A stretch of 64,000 nucleotides of DNA from Gekko japonicus (lineage: Eukaryota), in contig NW_015160861.1 in assembly GCF_001447785.1 (NCBI RefSeq), positions 259,411 to 323,410 of the forward strand, in the 5' to 3' direction. This document shows positions 35,960-49,400 of this stretch, one piece after another. Each line of letters begins with the position of its first letter. Position 1 is the first letter of the stretch. The notes under the pieces are model-generated. The model searched no databases, had not been told where the DNA came from, and was given only the letters and a program-made list of their open reading frames with translations. The translations under genes and the position numbers were made by a program.

Positions 35960-36345
35960 AAACAGACTACACACCAATCCACCTGTTCATTCAAGCCATA
36001 CAGAGTTAAAGATTTAAGAGCATACATCAAAAATAATTCTCTGGTCTTCAAATGTTCAGTAAGATGGAAATTACAACCCTGGACTTGTTTCAATATCAAG
36101 AAACAATGGTCTCTTTTGCTGTGGCCAGCAGCTGTAAAATGATTCACCAATGATGCATTCTTCCTTCTCAGACAGATGCAGCTTCTATGCTCCCCTATCC
36201 TGATCTTAATCAGTCTAGACATATACCCCACATAGGTAAGATCACATTTACATACAATTGCATATATGATGTTCCTTGAGTTGCAGGTAAAATATGCTTT
36301 AATGGAGTACTTTCTTTGCTTAAAAGAGTCATAGCAAAAATCTGT
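35960..36345 (-). pseudogene. Penelope-like GIY-YIG endonuclease C-terminal fragment
   Basis: FTCNSRNIIYAIVCKCDLTYVGYMSR...RIGEHRS...HF...RE...YGLN. Confidence 0.88.
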
Positions 36346-36761
36346 GCGAAGCTTCGAACACTCCAGCTCTTATTAGATAGTCATGTAGGTATTTTCTGGA
36401 CCACAATGGGAAAATAATTTTTACATTATTGATTTTTCAGTTTCAGTTATTGTATTGGCTTTAATTTATTGTATTCGCTTTTTAAATATATTTCATTTTT
36501 TTAGATGTTCTAATTCAACAGCTGTGCATTTGGCACAAGACACATGACTTTCATCTTAAGAGACCTCATAAACATCTTTGTCTTGTGTCTATTAACTTTG
36601 CTGCTGAAGTAAGTAATATAGTCACTTTTACCACATTGCAAGTAAAATTTATTATTTTATATGATTATTCATATTCAATATTCTTTTTTCTACAGCTTTC
36701 CTTTTTTGGTCCAGTATCAATTTATTGTTTGTTATTTGTGTATTTGTACCTCAATTTTTTT

Positions 36762-36804
36762 GACCTCTGATGAAGGCCCCCAAAGGGTGAAAATTCGTCA
36801 GGTC
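36762..36804 (+). ncRNA. Minimal type-I hammerhead ribozyme-like motif (degenerate)
   Basis: GACCT-CTGATGA-AG-GCCC(CCAAA)GGGT-GAAA-ATTC-GTC-AGGTC; stem I is GACCT/AGGTC. Confidence 0.6.
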
Positions 36805-37020
36805 TCTTGTATTGGTCCTTGTATTCAGGTCACTTGTACTTTGTAATGAGGCTACTAAAGGTGGGCATTTTAGAACGTTGGTCCCCACTACTGCTTTATT
36901 ATAAGGGAGAGATAATTATACACTAGATTTTTAATATTGGCCCTTTATGAGGCTTCTTTCTTACCCTTTTCACTCAGGCCATCCCCTCATTAAATGTAAA
37001 GACTGCATACAGGTCACATA

Positions 37021-38192
37021 CACAATTCCCTCTAAGCTGTGCTAGGGGGTGCTGGCGCACAACATTTCAAAGGCTGGCTCACAACCAATCTGCTCACAAC
37101 CAATCTTCCATAGGAAATTATGGGGATGGGGAACCTCTTTCTGGGGACCATAGAACTGTACCCCTGGTCCAATCTTTTTGGAACTTGGGGGGCTTTTTCA
37201 GGAGACCACCCCAGAGCTCCAGATATAATTCTCCATTATAGCCTATGGAGCGCATTGACTATAATGGTCCCCATTGACTATAATGCAGCAGGAAAAAATA
37301 GAAAATTTTTGCACACCCCTATTATGCTTTTCTGTATGATATGTTAGATGCCTTGAGTCACAATAAAAGTGGGATATAAATATTTGAATAAATAAGTAGT
37401 TTGGGCAAGTTGATAACATTTAAGCAACTTCCTGCTTGTTAGGTTAGGCAGAGTTCTGACAGTGATTGTTCCACCTCTGTTATACTTGATCTTTAAATTT
37501 ATAGTTTAAAAGTGAAATATGACAAATTTACAGGTCAAGTATAACAGAGGTGGAACAATCACTGTCAAACCTAACCTAACAAATAGGAAGTTGCTTAAAT
37601 GTTATCAACTTGTTATCAACTTAAATGTTATCAACAAGCCAAAACAGACGGCAAGAGTCCCATCCCCCCCAAGTGCTGGTATGTTTTCTAAGGTTCAGTG
37701 AAGGGTGATGGTTCGAGGCCAGGTCTACCAATATAGTGGACTGGGGTGGGTAACTTGTTCCCCGGAGGCCAGGTCTACCAATATAGTGGAAAGGGATGGG
37801 TAGCCCTTTTCTCCAGAGGCCAGGTCTACCAATATAGTGGTGGGTAGACCTGTTTTCTGAAGGCCAGGTTTACCAATATAGTGGAAGGGGGAGAGTAGAC
37901 CTGCTCTCCGTAGACCAGGTCTATCCCCATAGAGAAGAATATTTTCTATAATGAAGTTTGACTTGATTCTGTTTTCTCTTATAATGTTTAAATTATTGTT
38001 AAAATATAGTTTAAATATAGTTTAAAAGAACTCATTCTGACATTTTTACAAGGTTATGGAAACAATCTTCTAAAAAACTAATTTATGCGATAGTCAAATG
38101 TAGACTCGCTCACAACTTTAATGCTACTAGGGTTTTTTTATCACAAGGTAGAATGTTTGCTCACAACACTGTGGAGCTTCTAGGGAACATTG
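37021..38192. mobile_element. Non-autonomous hAT element
   Basis: Termini CACAATTCCCTCTAAGC / GCTTCTAGGGAACATTG; perfect 8-bp TSD GTCACATA. Confidence 0.85.
37715..37930 (+). repeat. ~50-bp minisatellite, about 5 units
   Basis: GAGGCCAGGTCTACCAATATAGTGG repeated at ~37715, 37765, 37816, 37860, with a degenerate unit at ~37912. Confidence 0.9.
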
Positions 38193-40560
38193 GTCACATA
38201 GCAGCTGTACACTCTTCTTTAATTTGATTCTAAAATGGAAAAAAAATTGATGCTTTCTGTTTTAGAACGGTAGTTTTAAACAGGAATTTATCCTACTTCT
38301 CAGTCTTCATCCAGGAGTACAACTCTTTAACACTTACAGTTGTGAGTGATCCTCTTTCTTTTTTGCATACTTCTCACACAGAGTCCTATATCTGTGCAAT
38401 TGTACCAAACAAGAGAAAGAAAAAACACCCAGTGATTGCAATAATTGCACCTACTTCGTTTTTATTTCTAAACTATCCCATTGTGATGCCAGTTGGGGCT
38501 GAATTTTGATACCATGTAAACTTCTCCTTTACTACCCAGGGAAATAGTCAAAAAGATAGCTCTGAAATATGAGTTCTCAGCTAGAACTATTTTGAAGCAG
38601 AGGAAGTAATAGCAAGGAAAAGTATTTTTATTTTATGTAAGTGTTTAGAGAATATGTGCGTGTATGTATTTAGAAAAATTCTGTTGAACCCTATTCAGAA
38701 GGATTCCCAAGTCAGTATACAGTTATAAAGTTATATATGTATTAAAACAGCCGTAAGATGCAGCTGGGACTTACCCAAACACCGCTTTGTGGGCTTCAGG
38801 GCTGGGGGAGGGAGCAGCATGGCCATCCATTGCACCCATCATCTGGTGGGCTGCATGGTCTAGATTTGGGTGGCAGGATGCATGTCCAGAGCAGGGCCTG
38901 GGTGGGTCAGTGGCCTTTGACTGTCCGCCCACCCCCTATTAAAGCAGTGGCCACCAGGGCCTTGGGACTGTTCCATGCAGCCTTTTCCCCCTCCCACCCT
39001 CCCTGCATTTGGTTGTAACAGTGTCAGGCTTGATGTTTTCTTATTGTCAGAACTTTAGGTGCTTGGAGCTTTGGGAGGGATCCTTTGGCTAGGGAGGCGG
39101 TGCCCACACCCCACAGTTCTGGGGACTTCCTTAAGAGGTCTGGGGTGGAGCCAATATATCAGCATGACCATCTTGGGGGCTGTTGGTGGGGCTGTCACCA
39201 TTGAGTGACAGGGAAACCACAGAGCGGCCAGCTGCCATGTGGCTCCCACGGGCAGTTTTGCCACCCCTTGAATGTACCCCAGCAGGTGGGCTGGGGGTGT
39301 GGGGTTTGTCGGGTGGCAAGCAGGTCGCCCAATTCAAGATCCTTCCCCATGCAATGCCAATGCTCCTGCAGTGTAATCAATAAAAAGCTGTGACCCGTTT
39401 TTACCCAAAATCACTGTGTTCAGGTTGTTAACTGCCTCACCTACACACCCTCCCCCTTTGTGCCACTGGGCCCACAATAAATAGTATTGGAACAATATCT
39501 GTCGCAGGTATTCCAAATTGTTTATTAAATGCATATGTCACTTCTCCAGAGACCTGCTTAAGGCAAGTAAAAACTGTTGGAAAAAATGGCAAAATAGTTA
39601 AATATCCAGAGATTGCAATGGATCTTTGCTTCACTGGAGAGGAGGCATTTTCTTCTATGTAAAAATCTTTATTTCTAAGGGAAGGGTTCACAGGAAATCT
39701 ACAAAACAACAAAGACACCTAAGGCTACATCTTTATACTTTGATCACATGGTCTACAACTATGGAGATTCTTCTTCTTGACCCCTAAAAGAAAATCACCT
39801 GAATGAATTACCCAATGATTGTGAGTAAATAGGCTTCACTTTCCTGGGCTTTCTTCCCATTGGCTCTGTGCCAGGTTCCCTTCCAGGTCAGTCTAAACAA
39901 TAGCACACAAGGTAAACACACATTAACCCTATAATGACTGAATTTTAGACCTTGCAACATACATATTTCCAACAAAACTACAGTAAAATCATAAAAAAAC
40001 AAAATAATTGTCCATAATAAAACATGGCATAATACAGTGGCAGCCCAAAATGATATTCATAAAACATTTTGGATTTCTGTACCGTTGGCCAACCTCAGAT
40101 CCTGAGAATGGGTACTCTGTACCCTCCATAGGATCCATATTGCTGGAGACAAATTGGATGGTCAGGTCTTGCATTTTACTTATGTTGTTCCTCCTCATGT
40201 GTATCTTAATGTGGGGTGTGTTCTTATTTGTTTTCTTTCAGACACTAAGGGACAACAGTGGGCAATAGATCAAACCTGCTCACTGCTCTTGGTGACCCTT
40301 AGATTATGAATGTCCCCTAAATTGTGTCCTAATTTACATTGTGGGTTAGTGGTAGAGCATGTGTTTTTGATTCTGATCATCCTGGTTTCTATCCCTGGCA
40401 TTTCTAGTTAAAATAAAAGTATTAGGAGATGTGAAAGACCTTTGGTGGGCTGTTGGTGGGCTGGAGAACCACTGCAGAGTAAACCCTGGCTGTGATAGAC
40501 CTGACTCAGTATATGGCAAGTTTCATGTGTTCATGTTTAACTATTTCTATTGCTTGTTAT

Positions 40561-40857
40561 AAAGTAAATGTAAAGGTAAAGGTTTCCCTTGACCGAAAGC
40601 CAGTCGAATCCGACTCTAGGGATGCGTTGCTCATCTCCGTTTCCAAGTTGAAGAAACCAGCGCTGTCTAGAGACATTTCCATGTTCATGTGGCTGGCATG
40701 ACTAGATGCCGAGGCACACTGAAGTGGTACCTATTTATCTACATGCAATTTCTTGCTTTCGAACTGCTAGGTTGGAAGGAGCTGGGACCAGAGAGGGGAG
40801 CTCGCTCCATCTTGCGGCACTTGAACTGCTGAACTACTGACCTTCCAGTCTGCAGTT
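40561..40857 (-). mobile_element. Sauria SINE, 5'-truncated
   Basis: Aligns to 18210-18546; (AAAGGT)n tail. Confidence 0.85.
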
Positions 40858-41849
40858 ACTCTGGTGTAAATGCTTTTGTACATATAGCTAGCCCAGGTTT
40901 TCTGTTATAGCTAGCCCAGGTTTTCTGTTATTCTATTAATGGAGGTTTGGCATGATATGGGATTTAGAGCAGTCTTATTATTTTCTACAACAATTTTCTA
41001 CCCAGGCTTCTTCAATCTTTGTTTTCTCCAATATAGAAAGGAGATGGAAAGTAGAAGTGATCCTTCTCTCAATCCTTAACAAACAGAACAAAGTTTTTAT
41101 TGTATACAAGGACTGTCTTGCCTTGTTTTATGGCTACTCCAGACCGTGCCTTCCCAAGAGAATGGTTTTGTTCCTGATAGATTGTCCAGTTCCTCCTTTT
41201 TCATTGGCTTCCTGCTCCTTTCCTCACCTGAGACAAAGTAGGAATGCTAGCAACGCACTCATAGTCTCAGTACTTTTTACATGAGCTGCTTTAAGAAATG
41301 TTTAATTCATCTTCAGAAATCCTGCCGTTAAAATCCCTTGATTCACTCAGAGAGATAATAATGTTCTCTTTTATAAAGGGAAGCCAGAATCTGATTGTGT
41401 CTTTATCATTCTTTTAATTGTGACTTTTGTTCTTAAACAAAGGAGGAAAGATGAAAGGAAGCAGAGAAAAATATATATTTACATAAAAGTAATTTCAATA
41501 AATGAGTGAAATCAAACGAACCAATTTACAAGGCAGAAAAGGTTACTACTGATTAAATGCCCTGTAATCTTGAAAATCTCTTTGGAACTCAGCTTGCTCT
41601 GCTCAGCAGTTACTGTAACAGAAATAGCTTCATGGTTTAGACTTCCACATCCTTTTAAAGCTAGTAACATGGTTCTGTTGTGCATAGGGATGGGCAAAAA
41701 GTGAACCATGAAGCAAACTTCATCACATATTTTTCCCTGTTCATCTTTCGCAAACCAGAGCTCATGATGGGTCTACCGTTATGAACTGCTGTTATGAACT
41801 GGCTCTGGCTCTGGTTGAAGCTAGGTGGATATTTTGGGGGCTGGGGATG

Positions 41850-42500
41850 GCCAGTAGATGTTGAGCAGAAGAATGCACAGCCCTTCAGGGGCTGTATAGA
41901 AAGAGATGGTCCTGCAGATATGTTGGTCCCAATCCACATAGGGCTTTAAATGTAAGAACCAAGACCTTGAACTTGATCCAGAATTCAACTGGAGCCAGTA
42001 CAGCTGGCACAGCACCAGATGTATGTGTGCTCTCAGAGGCTGTGAGGACACACGCTACTGCATTTTGGACCAGGTGCGGTTTCTGGATAAGTCTCAAGGG
42101 TAGCCCTGCATAAAGAGAGTTACAATAATCCAGCCTGGAGGTGACCATCGCATGGATCACTGTAGCTAGGTCACAGGGGGAAAGGTAGGGGACCAGTTGC
42201 TTGACCTACCACAGATGAAAAAATGCAGATCTTGCAACTGTTGTGACTTCGGCCTCCATAGAAAGTGAGGTATACAAGACCACACCCAAACTCTTTACTG
42301 CTGGAGCAGGTGTTAATGGCACCCCATCCAGAGCTGGGAGCCTGATCCTCAATCCAGTCACCCCACAACCCAGGTACAGGACCTCCATCTTCGTTGGATT
42401 CAGTTTCAGTCGGCTCTGCTTTATCCATGTAGCTATGATATTCAAACCCTCGGCCAATGGTATCCAGCCAGCTGGGTGTCATTAGCGTACTGGTTGCACT
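41850..42500 (-). mobile_element. L2-type LINE fragment
   Basis: IHAMVTSRLDYCNSLYAGLP; RLKLNPTKMEVL. Confidence 0.88.
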
Positions 42501-42855
42501 TCAATGGAAAAGCTGCCCAATTCACATGGAGTTCAATAGTTTCACCTATTTCATTGGTCAGAGCAGCTTACATAAAACAATACATAAATTACAATAAAAC
42601 GATGGACCTTCTGGGCCTCTTAATTCCCTTCAGGGAGCTGCAGGAGGGCTATGAGCATTTTGCTAGTGAATATTATATACCCAGTGGGGCTTTGGGAGGA
42701 TTTGTGTTCTCACCTATAGCAAGCATTGGTCTTTTTGGTGAGACGAGATTCATAGAACCAGGGACTAGCTGGAATCACAAGTTTTAAATGCTTGCATGAA
42801 ACTCACTATTTTTGCTGATAGTAATTATTTCGTATTTAACTTGAAGGCAGGCTGG

Positions 42856-43905
42856 TGTTAGCCAAATTGCTCTAAATTGTTATCAATATTGGGGAATTAT
42901 GAATTATTATTAATAAGCAATCGGCAAAGGGAGCTTTCACCTGTATATACAGAGGTTGCCACTTATCCAGAGCACCAGTAACAGACAAGCAGGCTGATAT
43001 TAGTTTAAATCAAAGTATTTTACTGTATTTTAGACACATTCAAATATTACACAAACACACACACAATTATACAGGGCTAAGAAACTTAGAGAGATTGGGA
43101 TAGCACATTCACTTTAGCAGGAGTTTTGTTGGTTTGGCAATATTTTTACCTGATCCTGAAGAGATGAAGTCTTCCAAATGGAAAAATAAGGAAACTCTAG
43201 AAAATGGGATTTATGCTAGGAAAAGGAAGTGTGCAGACTGAACCAGCAGAAAAGCACGTGGGACTCTGGCTGCAGTTCCTGAGTCTTGAGGCAAGGGGGG
43301 GTTCACCAGATGGCCACATGTTTCAAGAAGCAGAGATTATAGAGGTCGTGGGGGGGGGAGCAAGAGCAAGAGAGCAAGCACATGTCAACTAAGGAGTGGT
43401 CAATATGGAAAGCTAGTAACTTGGACTGGAGAGTGACACCTGGATGAAGAGGGTATGAGTCACCGAGCTAGGGGTATTGTTTCTTGATGGGCTTAGCAGA
43501 GCCTGTTGATGGGCGAGAGATTAGTTTCCAAGCAACTGTGTGTTGAACCTCTCAGTTACCTGCAATCTTGCAGGTAGATGGGGGGGGTTGCCTGCGTGTG
43601 ACAGAGGGAGCTCCTCATGGTGTTTAGAGCTCTTTATCCTTGTGCCATGGCATGGCATCTGAGGCTTTGTGCAGGCTTATGGAACTGCTTCATCTCACAG
43701 CAGGCAAGAGGGCAGATAACCTTGAAGAACCAACTGGAACAGCAACGCAAAGGAATACTTTCTTCTCTTAGGTGTGCATTCTCAACTGGCATCACACTGG
43801 GTCACCAAGCAATACAGTCCCTTAAGCATATGTTTGCACAGTCCATTTTATCAGTTATGGGTTATAAAGTCCATAAGAGCACATTAAGTGCCTTGCAGGG
43901 CAACA
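42856..43905 (-). mobile_element. Solo LTR related to 6778-7942
   Basis: TGTTAGCC...GGGCAACA; 4-bp TSD CTGG; first ~500 bp align to 6778-7290. Confidence 0.88.
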
Positions 43906-44008
43906 CTGGATGGAGTCAATTTTTAAAAATAGGAAGATTGGTGATACCTGAAATGAAGAACAATAATTTTGATAGCAGTGAACAGTCTGCAGGATTTCCA
44001 GGTCTTAC

Positions 44009-44353
44009 TAGGGTTGCCAGGCATGATTTTTGTGTCAGTGGGGGGATTTGGGGGGCAGTCTGGGAGTGGGTGGTGACATCCCTGATGTGATGACATCATG
44101 CAGAAGTGACATCATTGCATTGGGGCAGACTCTATGGTTAAAATTGGGCTCAAACCATAGAGTGTTGTGCAAAAAAACCAGAGTCTTGCCATGCAATGAC
44201 ATCACTTCCGCGTTACATCATTGCATAGGAGATATTGCCACGTGATGTCACTCTTCAGAGGTGGGGCTTCCCCCACTGGCCAGCTGGCTGGTGGTGGGAA
44301 AAAGCCCTGAAAGTTGAGGGATTTTTGCCCGGACTGGGGGTCTGGAAACCCTA
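44009..44353. mobile_element. hAT-like MITE
   Basis: TAGGGTTGCCA / TGGAAACCCTA; degenerate 8-bp TSD GGTCTTAC / GCGCTTAC; internal TGACATCA repeats. Confidence 0.75.
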
Positions 44354-46339
44354 GCGCTTACAGAGGATGCCTTTTCTGATGGTGGTCTTCTGGAATAGCT
44401 TTCTTTGCCAGGTACGGTTTGAAAATGAGAGAATCAGTGGCAGAGAGTGCTGTCTGGCAATGGGGAAGTTCTGGCTTGGTGAGCTGTTGTAAGCCAGACC
44501 TGAACTTCAGGAAGGTTTGGGTTCATGCTGAGCTCATGGTGATTCCAAACTGAAGAGTTCATTTGTGAACCATCCCAATTCCAGAGTGTCTGTTTTCTTT
44601 CTGACTGTATAGGTTTCATTCAATTTATACTTACCCTTGGAACCTGCTTCTCAGCTCTTGGTGGTCTGATATTGTCTATCTTATTTGCCAAGTGGATCAT
44701 CTTACAACTACAGAGCTGTGAAATTATTTTTAAAATCCCTGAAAGAGTAATTATTGAAGCAGTTGTATGTCAGTCAAAATGCACTAATATTATCTGGAAC
44801 AATTACATTTTCTCTTGATGTACAGCATATAATGCTGTGTTTAGGCCCATTTGAATAACAAGCAATTAAGAACCACATTAACTGATGCCACCCCATTGAG
44901 CTAAATGCTATAGAATGCAGACAGTAAATAGAACAAAACCTACTTGTGGTTAAAGGCTTGATTAATGGGGCTGTACTTCAGCATCTTGTGACTCCTCTAT
45001 GTGCACACCAAGCCAGACATGCTTGCTAGTGGCACACTGAGACAGAGTTGAAAATAAAATTAGTTTTGTTGACTGAGCTAGAAATCCATTAGGAAATCAT
45101 TCTCCAAGAAAGTAATCAACCCTTTTTTGACGCAGTGCACGGCAGCTTTCCAGCAATGACTTTAGCGGTACTGGAGCATCTGATGAAGTAGCAGTGCCTT
45201 CAGTCTAAGCAATGGTTTGTAGGGCTTGCAGATCTGAATTTCTCCAGCAAAGGAATTGTCATAAAAAAGTGAAAAGGAAGTAGAATCTCCTGGGCTGTTT
45301 CTTTACTGGAATCCTGGTACAGCCTGTCACTAATTACACATCCAATAGCTTGGTGGAAAGAGACATTTTAATACTTAGAGGAACTCCTTATGTCAAAGAG
45401 GAGATGAAATTATCTGCAGAGCCAGTGATCAGCCAAGCTTATCTGAGCTCTGCACAGAGGCTACACGTGCAAAGCCTCTCCTTATAGACTTTCTCTGTAT
45501 ACACACACACATACCCATCACTACTGCAGCAATGCATTTAAATGCCTTGTATTAAAGAAAAGAATAATGACATGTCTGCTCTTTTCTTTTATGCTGCAGT
45601 TTCTTCCAGTGACTGGGGCAACCAGGAAGGTGCAATGATTGGTACTACTACAAAACCAGCATCATAAACAGGGTGCAGTGAGAGTGTCTAAGGAGCTTCA
45701 GAACAGCGTTAGCTCACACCTATGCAGGCTTTGGTACTGCAAGACTTTTGGTGGCTAGGAATAGGGAAGGATAGGACAACATAATTAGCGTATTGTCACC
45801 TGCCCCAAACCATTGCCGTGGAATCAGGGCCAGCTCCAGGTTTTTTTGCACACCAGGCGAGGCTACCTTTGCCCCCCCCCCCAGTGTGCCCACCAATTTT
45901 CAAACATAAATTAGCCTAGCCATGCAAGGCCCCGATCCTGAGCAGGCAGGCAGACGAGTGGAACCGAGGGAGGACCAAGCCCCAGCCCAGACAAGCAGTC
46001 AGAACACCAGGATGGGAGCCAGCAGATTGAGGCAGCAGTAAGGCCTCACATGGCCAAGATGCCACGAGGAAACAAAGCGGCAAGACATGAGAGCCAGCAA
46101 ATCACTGGATGACAACAAGATAGCTCCACCCTAGGACACAGCTGGGTGTCGGGTCTTAGGTTTTGAGTTGGGGCCAAGTAAGGGGGGCTGAGGGGATATT
46201 GGGGTGTGTGGGATGGAATGAGGGAGAGGTAAAAGGAGGAACAGCCAGCAGGTCAATGAGGAGAAGCCTGGGTGACCCTCCAGGGAGACCAGAGTGAGAG
46301 AAAAGAACATCTGCTATTACAAAACTGGAAGGGTTCTTC

Positions 46340-47232
46340 AAGTCTGATATCTATTTTCAGTCTCTAGTTCTTCTCTTCCTTCTTATGTCAAGGCTTGGCA
46401 TAAAGAAGGCCTTCTTCTTATATCTGATAGCCAATGGTCCTCTATTTGGAATTCCTCTATTAACCGTTCCAAGGTAATTAACATCAAGATCCAGTTTATA
46501 AAAAGTTATGGCATGCTGGTACCATACTCCGATACAAATACACCATAGGAATCCATCTTACTCTCTCATATTTTGGAAATGGTGTGGGACCCCCAGTTCT
46601 TTTATCCACTGCTCGTAGACTTGCCCTCTCATCCAGAATTTTTGGTCATTGATTCGGGACCTTCATCACAAGCCTCTCTACTCCATTACACCCTGACGTT
46701 CTGTTGCTAAACTTGTGGGATGACCCAAAAATCCCCTGAATTAAGAAATATTTTATTTCTGTATTATGCACTGCTGCGAAGTCTGCAGTCGCCTCCTCCT
46801 GGAAATCCCCCCCCCCCACAACTCTTAAGGTTTGGTACAGGAACATATGAGATTATCTCACAATGGAAAGGATATTGATACAAACCTCGAACAAAGACCC
46901 TTATTCTGCTTCTCTTGATTATTATAATTTCTGGTACCTTATTTTGAATTTTATTGCTCAAAACAGGGACCTTTTCGATCAGAGTTGTGTTATAGATGTT
47001 TTACTATGTTAATTTATTGTGATGAATTCCTATGACCCTTCGGCACCATCTTTCTCCCAACTAGCATATTTATTTGTTGCTTAATTTTTTGTGGTACTGA
47101 GACACATTGTAGAATGATGTACGTATTCTTTTTATTGGAACTTTATATTGAGACAAATCTGCATTTGCCATATGACTATTGTCATTAGTTTGTCTTGATA
47201 TCTGTTGTTAATTTTTCAGTAAAATCTTTAAA
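46340..47232 (+). mobile_element. L1-like LINE 3' fragment
   Basis: YVKAWHKE...QWSSIW...WYHTP, WKWCG...HC..TCP knuckle and AAKSAVASSWKS; the 3' UTR is shared with 22531-22957. Confidence 0.8.
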
Positions 47233-47763
47233 CGTGGGGGGGGGTGAAGAGGGAGAGAAGCGAAGGGAACAGGAGGTGGGAGCTGAGGGCTGGTGATGTA
47301 ACCACCCTCCCTCATCGATTTGTGAGACTGCTGTTACCTCCCGGGAAAGGAGAGAGTGGCCCATCAGAGAGTCAGTGACCAGCGGAGGACTCGCGGGGGA
47401 GGAGGCGAGGCATGACACTATGGTACTTGCTTCTCTAATCTGATGAGATTGGGCTAGCCTGGTCATAAAGAATGTAACAAAACCTACAAAGAAACTAAGC
47501 ACCCTCAGTCTAAAGATTAAGGGACGAATACATCTCAGTGTCAAAGTATTTAAAATCATGCCACGGGTTAAACTGAGAAGACGTAGGTTTAGGACTAATA
47601 TCTAGGAAATCTCGAACCATGTCTGCAATCCCTAAAACAATATACCTTGCAGAAATCCTGAAACATTCTGCTTTTGGTAAGAGTTCTCTAGATGGACATC
47701 TGGGCAATGAAACATGTTGTGAACAAACTGTACATAAGTCACTAAACCACCTTCATTGGAAGT

Positions 47764-48032
47764 AAAGAAGAAGAAGAAGAGATTAGATTTATACCCCATC
47801 CTTCACTAACCAAAGGAGTCTCAGAGCCGTTTACAATCTCCTTTCCCTTCCCCATCCCACTGCAGACACCCTGTGAGGTGTAGGTGGGGCTGAGAGAGCT
47901 CTTTCAAGAACTGCTCGTGAGAAACAGCTCTGAAATACCTTGTAACTGACCCAAGGTCACACCAGCAGCTGCATGTGAAGGACCCAGTTCTCCCAAATTA
48001 GAGTCCACACTCCTAACCACTACACCAAACTG
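47764..48032 (-). mobile_element. Squam3-like SINE
   Basis: Reverse complement of the 351-625 family with a (GAA)n tail. Confidence 0.8.
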
Positions 48033-48570
48033 GAGAATGTGGATAAGCATCTCTGAGATGTTGGATTTTGAACTATAGATCTGAACTACAGACTTTAGGA
48101 GAGCTTTTAACCTATTATGATTCAACACAGAGAGGCCAATGAAATGTCATGGTATCAGTCTTGGAGAGCTCTTAGCCCTTAGTCTTGTACAGCTGAACTA
48201 GAGAAAAGATTCCTGAGTATTTCTCCCTTGTGGCCTACCTGTCTAAACTTCTTCTTGTTGTTAACTACTAGAAGAAGAGATACTCTGCTCTGAACAAGTG
48301 TATTGGTCCCATGTTAAGATTAAGGGACAAACTATATTTTATACTGTAGCTGTATGCAATGAAGCCCCAACAGCCACTATCCTATTACAAAATACCTTGA
48401 AATCCACACCCACCCAGCTTCTTTTACTCCCACTTTTGATCAAGACCTATGTTTATCTCATGTGCAATACCTTCTTCTGAGCTTTTGGGATTCTGAGTGC
48501 AGAGCCTGTCAAGGAGAAATAAATAAAGATGTGTGGACAACAGAATAATTCAGAGAGAAGAGATTAGGAG

Positions 48571-49400
48571 TAGGGATGGGCTACTCCACAGACCTAATTT
48601 TGTGACAGACTGGGGCCTGGTTCATGGTCCGTTTGCCCGGTCTGTGCTTTTGCAGTTTTTTTAAAAAAAATAACTTTTATTTATATAATATAACAACAAT
48701 TTACAGTAGCACATTCTATTAGGAACCCACTACAATAAAAACATAATTAAAAACACAAAAAACACAAGACCAATAAAACCAAACAGCTATTCAATATACA
48801 GCTATAACCTTTAAATTTTCAGGAAGTGCCTTTTTAAGCTTACTATGTCTTTTCATATATTCAAGAAAGGGAAAACAACGTTCCAAAAAATCTGAATGAA
48901 ACTCTGGATTCTCTGCCAAGGATATAACAGCTGATATTTTGTCCCATAACTTATTAAACCACATAATCGATGAGGGTTGTTTACTATGCTTCCAATACCT
49001 AGTTACTAAAGTCTTGGCTGCTACCAACATATAAGTAATTAGTTTTGCTGGACTGCCCATTAACCACAATCTTTTTTTGGTGGTCCATTTGGTTCATTGG
49101 GACGGTCTGTGGGCCAGACATGCTGGCACCCAGGGAACCCTTTGAAACCCTGCTGCTGTTGTGGAACATCCGCATTTAAATGCCTCCTGAGCTCACTGGT
49201 GTCATGCCACAGTAGCACTGCGATCCGGAAATGGGCTCAGGAGGCCTTCTGAGCCCACTTCCAGGTTGCGCCCAACACGGACCTCATGAGCCACAGATTG
49301 ATTTGTTAACTGGGAAAGTCTGTGGAGGTTCATGGTTCGTGAATTTCATGAACCACAGATCTCCATAGACCTCCATTTTTCCGGTCCATGCCCATCCCTA
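48571..49400. mobile_element. hAT (Ac-like) non-autonomous element containing an L1 fragment
   Basis: TAGGGATGGGC / GCCCATCCCTA; TSD ATTAGGAG / ATTAAGAG. Confidence 0.82.
48656..49070 (-). mobile_element. L1-like 3' end
   Basis: YMLVAAKTLVTRYWKH...WFNKLW resembles an L1 ORF2 C-terminus; AATAAA and A/T-rich tail. Confidence 0.75.

Noticed and set aside
37715-37930. CRISPR-like repeat-spacer array
   Set aside because: The intervening sequences are homologous to each other and the context is vertebrate; it is a minisatellite.
39989-40268. Possible host exon or membrane peptide
   Set aside because: No recognisable homology and no convincing pair of splice signals; short ORFs like this are expected by chance.
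45910-47600. LTR-like element hosting the L1 fragment
   Set aside because: The flanks are GC/purine-rich and suggestive, but no TG...CA ends or TSD could be fixed.
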